Below, piece by piece: positions 8,988 to 18,831 of a stretch of DNA of 64,000 nucleotides. Source of the DNA: Candidatus Aenigmatarchaeota archaeon (lineage in GTDB: Archaea > Aenigmatarchaeota > Aenigmatarchaeia > PWEA01); the NCBI GenBank assembly GCA_046539325.1, contig JBKHHD010000004.1:16549-80548 (forward strand), in the 5' to 3' direction. The position numbers and the translations under genes are program-made. Below the pieces are notes generated by a model that saw only the letters and a program-made list of their open reading frames with translations, had not been told where the DNA came from and made no database searches. Numbering within the stretch: the first letter of the stretch is position 1; each line of letters opens with the position of its first letter.

Positions 8988-10055
8988 TTAATCCATACAA
9001 TCAACTACTTCCTCGAAAGGAGCTTTGGTTTTTACTGCTGTTGGTGAATACACTGATTTTCTTGTTTTGTACCCCCTTTCTTCTAACCTTCTCATAAGTT
9101 CTTCCGTTTTTATTATAGGAAGACTCTGTTTCTTGGCTATGTAGTGCAGATCGTAATGGTAAGGCATATCCATATCTTTTGAAAGTTCCTGCACCTTCCT
9201 CCTTTCCTTGTAGAATCCTCTTTCCTTGCACTCCCGGGCAACTTCCTTACAGAAGCTTTGGGTGTTAAACTTGGGCGCGTATACGTTCGTTCTCTCAGTT
9301 CTCCTTCCGCATACTTTACATTTTTCATGGAAACCACGGCTTCTCCAGCCGCAGCTAAAGCAGTGTGAAATATAGTCAAAGTTCTTGAAGTTTTCCTTTA
9401 CTTCCTTGGCGCCCTTGGCCACCTCACCAAATATTCTCGCGTAATGCTCCTTGAAGTAGCAGAGTCTTGGATAAAAGGTCTTTTTGTATCTGCCCAAACT
9501 TTCGATGATAGCTGAAACCAGAATTCTGAGTCCAAGTTCCTTGTTGTAACCTGTTTTCATACTTTTCCTTGTGTATCTTCGTTTCGATACCCTGGGGTAA
9601 GTACCGAAAAAGGAGGACGTATCGGTGGCGGATACCGCCAAGATTCCACCTCTTCTTATAGAGCCGGCAGCTGCATCAAGAAACTCTGCAGGTGAGCCAA
9701 AGGGATCTATGTCTATAAAGTTGAAGTCCTCTTTCCTTAGAAGCACAGCTGCGTCCTTGTTCCTTACCTCCACATCCACTTGATTTCTCCTTACGTTCTC
9801 CTTTATCAGATCCACGGCCTTCGGGTTTGCGTCGTTGAGCCATACTTCAGGAACCTCTGCTTCCTCTTTGTACCTTATACCCCGGATACCGGAGGCAGAG
9901 AGAGCATCACAGGCCCTTTCAGGCTCTATCACAGAGGCTACAGCCACGGACAGATTCCGGTCGTACTCCATTTTCGGGTTGTAGAAAACTTCCTTGTCGT
10001 AGGACTTTCCCTCGTGGACCTCTATATCGACTTCTCCTTCCGTAATGGTTTTCAT
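8988..10055 (-). CDS. trm1: tRNA (guanine26-N2)-dimethyltransferase Trm1
   Basis: N-terminal FYNPKMEYDRNLSV Trm1 signature and C-terminal Cys cluster CFSCGW...CKVCG. Confidence 0.85.
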   Translation of the reverse strand: MKTITEGEVDIEVHEGKSYDKEVFYNPKMEYDRNLSVAVASVIEPERACDALSASGIRGIRYKEEAEVPEVWLNDANPKAVDLIKENVRRNQVDVEVRNKDAAVLLRKEDFNFIDIDPFGSPAEFLDAAAGSIRRGGILAVSATDTSSFFGTYPRVSKRRYTRKSMKTGYNKELGLRILVSAIIESLGRYKKTFYPRLCYFKEHYARIFGEVAKGAKEVKENFKNFDYISHCFSCGWRSRGFHEKCKVCGRRTERTNVYAPKFNTQSFCKEVARECKERGFYKERRKVQELSKDMDMPYHYDLHYIAKKQSLPIIKTEELMRRLEERGYKTRKSVYSPTAVKTKAPFEEVVDCMD

Positions 10056-10140
10056 ATCTAGAACCTCTTTTATTCTAGGTTTTAATTATTTGATTGTGTA
10101 TGAGAGAACAAGATGCTATTTTGAAAGCAGAATACTATTA

Positions 10141-10671
10141 TCAACAGTTCTTGCAAGCGATGAGAGATCCTTTTGGAAAGTAACCTCGGTTCTCCACGCT
10201 GTATCCGTTTGATGATAATAGTTCACCTATTTCTTTAATCTTCTTATCGTTATTCTGATGATTACACATTTCAAGTGCAAAAAAGCCTGGCCTGAGGGTT
10301 TCGGATACATGCCTGGCAAGTTCTTCTCCACTATCACTCTTCCCATTCAATCCATAATACTTCTGATATGTTTCAGGAACTACGTCAAACAGATATCTAT
10401 TACTGGGTACCAGTTCGGGGTCTATTGCCTTGATTTCTATATTGTCTTTGTCCTCAACCTCCATCTTTTTTGAAATCTCCTTTGCGTAGTTTGGATTGCT
10501 GCCTGTACCTATCACAGCTACCTCATACATCCCGAGTGAATCAAACTCCTTATCAATGTAATCATACAGTCCTCTTTTCAAAGGATGGTTGGGATTGTAG
10601 GAACTGTGATTGTTTTCTCCGCACATCTTTACTGAAAGTATAGCATCGGGTTTATTTGGCAATTTCAACAC
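10141..10671 (-). CDS. hypothetical protein
   Basis: 176-aa ORF; no motif recognised. Confidence 0.45.
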   Translation of the reverse strand: MLKLPNKPDAILSVKMCGENNHSSYNPNHPLKRGLYDYIDKEFDSLGMYEVAVIGTGSNPNYAKEISKKMEVEDKDNIEIKAIDPELVPSNRYLFDVVPETYQKYYGLNGKSDSGEELARHVSETLRPGFFALEMCNHQNNDKKIKEIGELLSSNGYSVENRGYFPKGSLIACKNC

Positions 10672-10731
10672 CTGTTGTTATTTATTGGTAACCAATACTT
10701 ATAAAGTTTCCCAGAAAGCTGTAGAGAACGA

Positions 10732-11277
10732 TCATAGGTCCTTCTGCATTATCACAGTGTCCTCATAACTACCTTGTACATATGCTCCGTCCCTGATTCT
10801 TCCTCTTTCCTCAAAACCCAGGCTTTTGTAGAAACTTATAGCTCTCTTATTGCTTTCAAACACTTCCATCTTTATTATTTCGATGCCAAGTCTCTCCTCT
10901 GCTTCGTTGAAGATGGCCTCTGCAAGCCTTGTACCTATTCCCATTTCTCTTACATCCTTTTTCAGTCCTATTCCAAACTTGCCTACATGAGACTTGGCAC
11001 CTACTCCACACTCTACAGAAGCTCCACCCATTACCTCTCCTTTGACCTCCACGACAAGGTAAATCTTTTCACCGCTCTCGTTATTCTCCAAAACATCTGA
11101 TAGCCATCCAATTTCCTCCTCTCTAGTTTTCTTCTCTTGGAAAAGAAGGTATCCGCCTTCTTCGATCAAGGAGTTTATATATTCCAGAAGATCGTCCAGG
11201 TCCTTCATCTCAGGATACCTGATTTTCACTTCCTTGCCTTCGACTTCAAACTCGTCCACGGTATTTCCAACCAACAT
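10732..11277 (-). CDS. GNAT family N-acetyltransferase
   Basis: Acetyl-CoA binding motif region GIGTRLAEAI...ISFYKSLGF. Confidence 0.75.
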   Translation of the reverse strand: MLVGNTVDEFEVEGKEVKIRYPEMKDLDDLLEYINSLIEEGGYLLFQEKKTREEEIGWLSDVLENNESGEKIYLVVEVKGEVMGGASVECGVGAKSHVGKFGIGLKKDVREMGIGTRLAEAIFNEAEERLGIEIIKMEVFESNKRAISFYKSLGFEERGRIRDGAYVQGSYEDTVIMQKDL

Positions 11278-11361
11278 TCTATCCAGTAAATCTTTCTTGG
11301 CTTAAGATATAAGTTTTTTCAGGGGCCTCGAAATAAAGAAAAACGGATCCGTTAACCTGAC

Positions 11362-11730
11362 TTACTCTGAAGAAGGTAATCTTTCTGAGAGGTTCTCCAG
11401 ATCGGATTTTATGGACTTCATTTTTGGGACGAAATCTTCGATGTTATCTTCCCTTCTGCGCCATAACTCAACTTTGTCGGTTTTTTTATTGCGAGTTATT
11501 AAAGCACTTTTCTTATATTCACCTTCATTTACCTCTTCTTCGTAGTCTATTTTCTGATGGCTATGACCTTCAAAATATTTTATTTTACCTTCACCACAAT
11601 CCACTGCATTTCCTTCACGGTTAGAGTAAAATGCATTCTTTTTGGCCAGAGAAAAAAGCTCTTCGTAAAAGGAATCGTCGAGCTTTTCTATTTCATTTGA
11701 TTTTCCAACAAAGAGGTTTTTTTCTTCCAT
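11362..11730 (-). CDS. hypothetical protein
   Basis: 122-aa charged ORF. Confidence 0.4.
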   Translation of the reverse strand: MEEKNLFVGKSNEIEKLDDSFYEELFSLAKKNAFYSNREGNAVDCGEGKIKYFEGHSHQKIDYEEEVNEGEYKKSALITRNKKTDKVELWRRREDNIEDFVPKMKSIKSDLENLSERLPSSE

Positions 11731-11830
11731 AGCAAGTGATGATTATTCACAAAAATTTATATACGTTGAGAGAGCCCCGTAGGGTTACTTTTCACTGTGA
11801 TTTCCTAGAGGAAGGTGTCCTTTCTAAACA

Positions 11831-13111
11831 TTATTCTTTGTCGATATACTTCTTGCCGTCCATGTACGGACGTAGTGCCTCCGGCACCTTAACAGTTCCG
11901 TCCTCCTGTTGGTTCTGCTCGATTATGGCTATTATAGTCCTGCTGGTCGCTAGTGCTGTGTTGTTAAGCGTATGCACGTACCCTTTAGGTGCTTTACCTT
12001 CACCTTCCCTGTACTTTATCCCCAGGTTCCTCGCCTGGTAGTCCAGACAGTTGGAGTTTGATCCAGTTTCATGGAACTGTCCATCGGCCATCCAGCACTC
12101 CACGTCGTAGAGCTTGCTGGCCTTGTCGTTCATATCGCCTGTGCAGGCCTTGACTACTCTATGATGCAGTCCCAGTTTTTTGTAAAGCTCCTCTGCGTTT
12201 TCCTGCAGCTCTTTGAAGTAGTTCCAGGAGTCCTCGGGTTTGCAGAAGACGAACTGCTCTACCTTGTTGAACTGGTGCACACGGTACAGACCGCGCGAGT
12301 ACTTTCCGTGTCCCCCTCCTTCTCTGCGGAAACATGGGGAAACAGCGCATAGCTTCATAGGAAGATCATCCTCGAGAAACGTTTCGTCCTTGAACATACC
12401 GCCAACCGGATACTCGGAAGTAGGTATAAGCCACAGGTCCTTATCCTTCACCTTGTATGACTCCTCTCCTGTTCCGTCCGTGGCTCCTGATATGCCTTTG
12501 TATACCTCATCGTTGACCAGGTAAGGTGGTTCGACAACCCTGTAACCTTTCTCCTTGAGAAAGTCCAAGGCAAACCTTTGGAGTGCAAGGTCCAGCTCCA
12601 CAAGTTCACCCTTCAGGAAGTAAAAGTCGGAACCTGCTACCTTTGAACCTCTTTCTACATCCAGCAAACCTTTGTTCTCAAGTATTTCAGTATGGGTCCT
12701 AGGCTCGAAGTTGAACTCGGGTTCCTCGCCCCACCGTCTTATCTCTACGTTATCTTCCTCTCCTTCGCCTTCGGGAACCTCTTCATCCAGTATGTTTGGT
12801 ATTTTTTTCAGAAGCTCGTCCCTCTCGTTCTTCAGTTCTTCAACCTCCTCCTCAAGCTCTTCTAGTTCCTCCTTAACTTCTTTCATTTCCTTTATCTCGT
12901 CCTCTGCGTCCTCACCCTCCTGCTTCAGCTCGGAGATCTTCTCTGTCATCTCGTTTCTCCTATGACGCAGGTCCTCCACTTCCTGCAGCTCCTCCCTCCA
13001 CTCCTTGTCCTTTCCGAGAACTTCGTCCACTATCCCCGTGGATTCATCCCTTCTCCTCTGCGACTCCTTGACTTTCTCCGGTTCTTCTCGCACCAGCTCT
13101 ATAGACAACAT
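11831..13111 (-). CDS. serS: seryl-tRNA synthetase
   Basis: N-terminal coiled coil, class II motifs (FRREGGGHGKYSRGLYRVHQFNKVEQF). Confidence 0.9.
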   Translation of the reverse strand: MLSIELVREEPEKVKESQRRRDESTGIVDEVLGKDKEWREELQEVEDLRHRRNEMTEKISELKQEGEDAEDEIKEMKEVKEELEELEEEVEELKNERDELLKKIPNILDEEVPEGEGEEDNVEIRRWGEEPEFNFEPRTHTEILENKGLLDVERGSKVAGSDFYFLKGELVELDLALQRFALDFLKEKGYRVVEPPYLVNDEVYKGISGATDGTGEESYKVKDKDLWLIPTSEYPVGGMFKDETFLEDDLPMKLCAVSPCFRREGGGHGKYSRGLYRVHQFNKVEQFVFCKPEDSWNYFKELQENAEELYKKLGLHHRVVKACTGDMNDKASKLYDVECWMADGQFHETGSNSNCLDYQARNLGIKYREGEGKAPKGYVHTLNNTALATSRTIIAIIEQNQQEDGTVKVPEALRPYMDGKKYIDKE

Positions 13112-13120
13112 GGATAAAAA

Positions 13121-13600
13121 TTGGTGGTTGTGACTTTTAAAGATGGAGTCGCCAAAACGAATAAAAATATTTCTGAAGAAGGTTGGATTGATTGGATGTC
13201 AAGTGAATTTTCCGGGATTAAAGAACCATTAGAAAACATCTTGGAAAAGCTGCAGGACGAAGACTTTATATCTGAGAAAAATTTGAAGCCAGCTGGCTTC
13301 CAGGATGAAGTCAGAGTAACAGTTGAAAACCTTGAAGTGTGGGCGGGGAACCATCTTTTTGATAATTATCCAGAAGACTTTGATATCGATAAAGACAAGG
13401 GACGTGAAATTCGAGCGTACTTTCAGGAAGGTCTAATAAACAGAGACTATGATTTTGTCGCCGAGCTCTATGAGGAGTTTCCCGATAAACTCGACGGTGA
13501 AAGGGAAGGATATGTTGATGATATAAACGAATACAGGGAAAGAAACGATCGTGAAGCCTTTCAAATATCTGGGGATGGTAAAGTTTTACGCGATGACTGA
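13121..13600 (+). CDS. hypothetical acidic protein
   Basis: 159-aa ORF at the head of a co-directional gene array. Confidence 0.45.
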   Translation: MVVVTFKDGVAKTNKNISEEGWIDWMSSEFSGIKEPLENILEKLQDEDFISEKNLKPAGFQDEVRVTVENLEVWAGNHLFDNYPEDFDIDKDKGREIRAYFQEGLINRDYDFVAELYEEFPDKLDGEREGYVDDINEYRERNDREAFQISGDGKVLRDD

Positions 13601-13662
13601 AATCGGATTCTCTGCGAAAAGTTATTTAAATACTAGCGATAAAAATCCTAAGAGGTGGGAAG

Positions 13663-14619
13663 ATGCCTACACTGAAAGAAATACATAGTTTCGCGGTCGA
13701 AGAAGGTATAAAGGAAGATCCGAGGGACAGAGAGAAGATAGAGGAGATGCTCGAGGAAAGGCAGGAAAAGCACGAAGAAATGGAGAGTCCGAGGAAAGAT
13801 CACTTCGACAAGGACAAGCTTGAAAATCCCTTCGATGATTCCAAAGTTCTATACGGCGGCGAGGAGGAAGTGGAAAAACTCGCTGTAGGTATAGATATTG
13901 AAGCACAGGATCTAATTCTTATAGATAGACTGAATGAGAAAGGGAGAGATATAGATGCGGCTTTTGGACACCATCCAGAAGGAAGAGCCCTGGCAAACCT
14001 TCATGAGGTGTTGGGTCTACAGGTTGACACTCTGGAGAAGGCAGGCGTTCCTGTCTCCCAGGCCGAAGGTATCGTGAGGCCAAGGGCAGAAGAAGTCAAG
14101 AAGGGTGTGCATGCTACGAACCATCCAAGGGCTCCACGGACAGCTGAGCTGCTGGACATCCCGTTCATGTGCTTACATACGACCTGTGATAATCATGCTT
14201 ACAGTTTTATGGAGGACTACATAGAAGAGAAGGATCCTGAGACTTTGGGCGACTTGGTGGATGCCTTGCTTGAAATTCCTGAATACGAATGGGCTCTAGA
14301 GTACGACATGGGTCCAGAAATCTATACGGGAAGCAAGGAAAATCGGGCGGGAAAGATAGAAGTCCTAGGATTTACAGGTGGTACAGGACTGAAGGAGGAC
14401 ATGATCGATAAAATGGTCGAATCGGGAATCGATACAGTACTTGTAATGCATGCATCCAAGGAACAGATAAAAAAGGCTAAGGAGGAAAATGTACACATAG
14501 TCTCCGCGGGTCACATGCCATCGGACTCACTCGGCATAAATCTAGTTCTCGATAAGATCCAGGAAAAGTTCGATTTGGAGGTAATGGAACTCTCAGGTTT
14601 CAAGAGAGTGGAAAGGTAG
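13663..14619 (+). CDS. NIF3-like (DUF34) dinuclear metal centre protein, putative
   Basis: Two HH-type motifs (AAFGHHPEG and SAGHMPSDSLG) spaced as in NIF3/YbgI; tentative. Confidence 0.45.
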   Translation: MPTLKEIHSFAVEEGIKEDPRDREKIEEMLEERQEKHEEMESPRKDHFDKDKLENPFDDSKVLYGGEEEVEKLAVGIDIEAQDLILIDRLNEKGRDIDAAFGHHPEGRALANLHEVLGLQVDTLEKAGVPVSQAEGIVRPRAEEVKKGVHATNHPRAPRTAELLDIPFMCLHTTCDNHAYSFMEDYIEEKDPETLGDLVDALLEIPEYEWALEYDMGPEIYTGSKENRAGKIEVLGFTGGTGLKEDMIDKMVESGIDTVLVMHASKEQIKKAKEENVHIVSAGHMPSDSLGINLVLDKIQEKFDLEVMELSGFKRVER

Positions 14620-14644
14620 CTTGAAGAAAACTTGGTAGCTATAT

Positions 14645-15916
14645 ATGACATCTTTGAAATTTTTAGGTGGTTGTAGAGAAGTTGGGAAGTCAGGAGTTCT
14701 ATTAGACACAGGTGCTGAGAAGATACTCATGGACTACGGGATAAAGCTCAGTGACCCTGAGAGCGAGGACGGTATCGGAAGACCGGAGAAAGTTAATCTA
14801 AATATAGATGGAGTTCTACTGAGCCACTGTCATCTTGATCATTCCGGGCTTGTACCGCGCCTTTACAACAGAGGCTACGATGGAAGCGTGTACGCTACCG
14901 CTACCACATTCGATCTCTCAAAAACTCTGTGGCAGGACTCTATAAAGATAGCAAAGATGGAAGGAAGACAACAGGACTTTATTGAGTCCGACATAGAAAA
15001 GCTGGTGAGAAACCAGAGAAGGGTGGCTGTAGGCCAGACGGTGCCGATAGGCAATTCAGAAGTCTCGGTTTTCGACGCCGGTCATGTACCAGGGAGTTCC
15101 TCTTTTCTTGTCGATACTGGCGAAGAGACAGTTCTATACACTGGTGATATGAACACGATTGATACAAGGCTTATGAAGGGAGCAGATCCGAACTATCCGG
15201 ACGTAGACGTACTTGTAATGGAAAATACCTATGCTGACATAAACCACAGCCCGAGGAAAGAGCTGGAGAGGAAGTTCGCAGAAAAAGTCAAAGAAAGACT
15301 CGCCAAGGACGGTACTGTAATTGTACCTTCCTTCGCCATAGGCAGAAGCCAGGAGATGCTTCTCGTCTTAAAGGAAAATGGAATTGATGCGCCGATCTAC
15401 CTGGATGGAATGGCAGTCGAAGCTACGAAGAAGATACTGAGATATCCAGAGTTCTTGAGATACCCCGACGAGCTAAAGGAGGCCTACCATGACGCAAAGA
15501 TTCCCGAAGACGATGACGAGAGGAAGAGAGCGCTTGAAGGTCCCAGTGTTATAGTGACCACGGCAGGAATGCTAGGCGGTGGGCCTTTCGCCTATTACAT
15601 AAAGGAGATCTACGACGAGGAGAACTGCTCGATTCTTATGACCGGCTATCAGGTAGAGGGGACTGCGGGACGAAAGCTTCTGGATACAGGGATCTACGAG
15701 CCTGAGAAGCAAGGACTGGACGTCAATTGTTACTACGAACTTTTTGACTTCTCTGCACATTGTGGAAGGAAGGAGCTTTTCGAGTACGTGGAAGCTGTAG
15801 ACCCGGAGAAGGTAATTGCTATGCACGGTGAAGAGGCAGAAAACTTCATAGCTGATTTAAAGGAAAGAGGCTACGACGGTGTAGCTCCGGAGAACGGTGA
15901 AGAAGTAAAAATTTAG
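14645..15916 (+). CDS. beta-CASP family metallo-beta-lactamase ribonuclease (aCPSF2/RNase J-like)
   Basis: HCHLDHSG (HxHxDH) motif followed by beta-CASP-like region; 423 aa. Confidence 0.8.
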   Translation: MTSLKFLGGCREVGKSGVLLDTGAEKILMDYGIKLSDPESEDGIGRPEKVNLNIDGVLLSHCHLDHSGLVPRLYNRGYDGSVYATATTFDLSKTLWQDSIKIAKMEGRQQDFIESDIEKLVRNQRRVAVGQTVPIGNSEVSVFDAGHVPGSSSFLVDTGEETVLYTGDMNTIDTRLMKGADPNYPDVDVLVMENTYADINHSPRKELERKFAEKVKERLAKDGTVIVPSFAIGRSQEMLLVLKENGIDAPIYLDGMAVEATKKILRYPEFLRYPDELKEAYHDAKIPEDDDERKRALEGPSVIVTTAGMLGGGPFAYYIKEIYDEENCSILMTGYQVEGTAGRKLLDTGIYEPEKQGLDVNCYYELFDFSAHCGRKELFEYVEAVDPEKVIAMHGEEAENFIADLKERGYDGVAPENGEEVKI

Positions 15917-15978
15917 TTCTGAAGAAAGGGAAAATATTAATAACCTTTAGGGACCATTATTTTCTTAGTAGTTTAGTA

Positions 15979-16887
15979 GTGTGGGTGGTTGTATCCGAGA
16001 AGAAGAGAACTTGGGTGTGCGGACCTGTCATTTCTTTTCAGATAGCCTACGCTGTCCTGTTCTTTCATCGAAAGAAAATAAAAAGAAAAGAGGTGATTCT
16101 AATTAGTAGTTTTGATGGGTTTAGACACGATGAGGTTCTTAAAAAACAGCTTGAAGATTTCAGAGAAAACGGTTACCATCTCAATAAGTTAGGTGAAGTC
16201 TGGGGGTATTTCGACGAAATAGTGAAGGAAGATGTGTTTTCCGACTCTTCGGGGTTTCACATAGGCGAAGCTGATATAGTTGGTAAGGATTATGACAATG
16301 ATGTCTGTGTGGTTTGCGAAGTTAAGCCTGATTACGGAATCGGTCCTATAAAGAAGGCTTACGAACAACTGGTTAGAAATAAAAGGCATTACGAAGGTAA
16401 GTTTCCTGGTGTCGAGATCAGAACGTGCATGAGATTGGATGATAGTTTCCAGGAGATTATCGCGCAGGATAAATCAGAGCTTAGAAAGGAGGCTGTCAAG
16501 GAATTTGAAGACGAGGGTATCTACGACGTCATAAGTGAGAAAAAGAGGTTCTACAGGAATCCTCAAGAACAGAGCGGTATAGTTTCTGTTTTTGCTGAGA
16601 GCGAAGAAGAGAAGGTTGTCTCGCTTTGTAATATCGTGGCTCCTGTTAAAGAGAACGTTTGCCAGTCGGCAATAGAAAGATTGAAAAACAGAAAGAGGGA
16701 GCTCCTTGGCCGAAGAGAATACGAGGATTTTAAAATAAATACCTATGTCAAACCACTTGGGATCGAGATGATGAAGGTAGATAAAGTCAACGGACCTGAA
16801 GAGGATGTGAAATATCCCATGATAGAGGAAGTTGTGGAGAAGGTTCCCTATCCCTATCGCTGGACAAGGCTAAAAGATAACACATAA
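15979..16887 (+). CDS. hypothetical protein with PD-(D/E)xK nuclease-like motif
   Basis: GEADIVGKDYDNDVCVVCEVKPD resembles the Hjc/NucS-type D...ExK motif. The first ~35 residues look non-native, so the true start may be the GTG near 16090. Confidence 0.45.
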   Translation: MWVVVSEKKRTWVCGPVISFQIAYAVLFFHRKKIKRKEVILISSFDGFRHDEVLKKQLEDFRENGYHLNKLGEVWGYFDEIVKEDVFSDSSGFHIGEADIVGKDYDNDVCVVCEVKPDYGIGPIKKAYEQLVRNKRHYEGKFPGVEIRTCMRLDDSFQEIIAQDKSELRKEAVKEFEDEGIYDVISEKKRFYRNPQEQSGIVSVFAESEEEKVVSLCNIVAPVKENVCQSAIERLKNRKRELLGRREYEDFKINTYVKPLGIEMMKVDKVNGPEEDVKYPMIEEVVEKVPYPYRWTRLKDNT

Positions 16888-16899
16888 TTCCTGGTTCAT

Positions 16900-17799
16900 A
16901 TGAACTCGCTGGATGAAACAACAGTTTTGGGCAAGTACGATGACAGCAATCTTATTTTAGAGAAAGATATAGCTAACCTTGAGGACCCGAAAGCTGTCAA
17001 GGATGAGTTTTTGGACAGAGGTTATGACGAAGATACATGGTTCAATGTTTTAGAGTATTACAGGAGAAACGGTTCATTCCCACATGGAGAATTGGGAAAA
17101 AGGGCAGACAAGATATCTGCAAGAATTCATGAAATAGATGATAGATTTTTGGAGAGAAAATTCGACTCTGAAGAGGTAAATAAGCTTTACAGTATAGCCT
17201 CGGGGATGGACAGAGAAAATAATATTCAGAGATCACCTCTTACGTATCACGATGAACTTAAACTTTCTGATTTCAAGGACCTTGAAGCTCTGGTTTTAGA
17301 TCACAATGTAATATATGGGTTATTTGAGAACTCACCACAACTTAAATTTAAGAAGCAAGATGGCACTGAGCATATATTTTATGTCGAGTGGCAAAAACCA
17401 CTTGAACTTATTGACAACTGTCTAAAATTACAGGAAGATGTTGATCTACGGTATCCAGGTAATGTTTTTGAAGATGCCTCAAAATACTGTGATAAAAATG
17501 GTTACAATAAATATCTCAGTTTTGAGTTTATGAAAAACCTAAAGAAGGTGGGCAGACCCCTTCCTATTTCATACCATTCAGAAAGACTAAAGGAAACCTT
17601 GGATTGTAATGAGGACGCTTCAATAATCCTTTCTTCATCAGAGGAATACGATAAGTTTGGTGTTGTTACATACGACAACCACTTCACTAAGAACGGAGAG
17701 CTCGAGGAAGTTATCGATGATATAGATGCTGATATGTTTCCATTACTCCCAGACTGCGCCAACCTTATCGTTAAATGTCTACGAAAAGAGGATAAATAG
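16900..17799 (+). CDS. hypothetical protein
   Basis: 299-aa ORF 12 nt after the previous gene. Confidence 0.5.
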   Translation: MNSLDETTVLGKYDDSNLILEKDIANLEDPKAVKDEFLDRGYDEDTWFNVLEYYRRNGSFPHGELGKRADKISARIHEIDDRFLERKFDSEEVNKLYSIASGMDRENNIQRSPLTYHDELKLSDFKDLEALVLDHNVIYGLFENSPQLKFKKQDGTEHIFYVEWQKPLELIDNCLKLQEDVDLRYPGNVFEDASKYCDKNGYNKYLSFEFMKNLKKVGRPLPISYHSERLKETLDCNEDASIILSSSEEYDKFGVVTYDNHFTKNGELEEVIDDIDADMFPLLPDCANLIVKCLRKEDK

Positions 17800-17804
17800 A
17801 AGTT

Positions 17805-18761
17805 TTATTCTAGATATATCTGTCCGAACCTGTTCTTTCCTGTCCACTTGTGGAAATCTTCCGTGTCCGCGTTCTCCTTCAGGTCTATCATCTGCACGGT
17901 CTGCGAATCCAGCTCGTCCAGATAGTGTATGGCGAGAGCTTCCGGGAACATCGGTTCCTTGACTGCGCCGTATTCATTCTTCCCGTGATGCGAAACAACT
18001 ATGTGAAGGAGCTTGTGTTTAAGGTTTTCTGGAAAGTTCTCCAGTTCTCTGACCTTCTTCAGTATGATCTCCTGGCCAAGGGTTACATGCCCTGAAAGAA
18101 GACCACCTCTGGACTGCTTTATGTTTGTGGTAACCTCAAACTCTTCCATCTTCCCTATGTCGTGGAGGAAGCAACCCACCTTGATTAGGTCCAAATCCAG
18201 GCTTTCATGTTGCTCACAGAGCTTCTCGCCAAGTTCAATCATATGTAGTACGTGTTCCATAAGACCTCCTATGTAGTCATGGTGGTAGAACATGGCTGCA
18301 GGAGCTCTTTTGAATTCTTCGACAAAATCATCGTCCACGAAAAAGGCTTGCATAAGACGTTCGAGGTCTTCGTTTCGGATGCCTTCAAACTTGATCTTAA
18401 GTTCTGAAAACATTTCATCGAGGTCCCTGTCTGCCTTCTCTATGAACTCCTCTATATCATATTCCTCGACCTTTCTCAGCCCGTCTTCTTCTATATTTAT
18501 CTGTATATTCCCTTGGAACTCTGACGCTTTACCCTTCACTTCGAGGACGTTGCCAGAACTTATCTTACTCTGAACCTTCTCCACCTTCTCCTCGTTCTTT
18601 CCACCCCAGTACTTGGCCTCAATTTCCCCACTTCTATCCGCAAGACCTAACGTAAACATATAACCTTTTTTGTAGGACTTCACAGGTTTTTTGTACTTCA
18701 CAGAATATGTGCTTTTTACCTGGTCACCTTCTTGCAGCTCTTCGATGTCAGTTCTGTTCAT
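17805..18761 (-). CDS. OB-fold + HD domain 3'-5' exoribonuclease (YhaM-like)
   Basis: N-terminal OB-like region, HD motifs HHDYIGGLMEH and FLHDIGK. Confidence 0.65.
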   Translation of the reverse strand: MNRTDIEELQEGDQVKSTYSVKYKKPVKSYKKGYMFTLGLADRSGEIEAKYWGGKNEEKVEKVQSKISSGNVLEVKGKASEFQGNIQINIEEDGLRKVEEYDIEEFIEKADRDLDEMFSELKIKFEGIRNEDLERLMQAFFVDDDFVEEFKRAPAAMFYHHDYIGGLMEHVLHMIELGEKLCEQHESLDLDLIKVGCFLHDIGKMEEFEVTTNIKQSRGGLLSGHVTLGQEIILKKVRELENFPENLKHKLLHIVVSHHGKNEYGAVKEPMFPEALAIHYLDELDSQTVQMIDLKENADTEDFHKWTGKNRFGQIYLE

Positions 18762-18831
18762 TTCACACCCAAGGAAAAATTATCAGGCAACAATAAAAAG
18801 CTTTATTTAGGTTCAACCTGAACTTTGGTTT

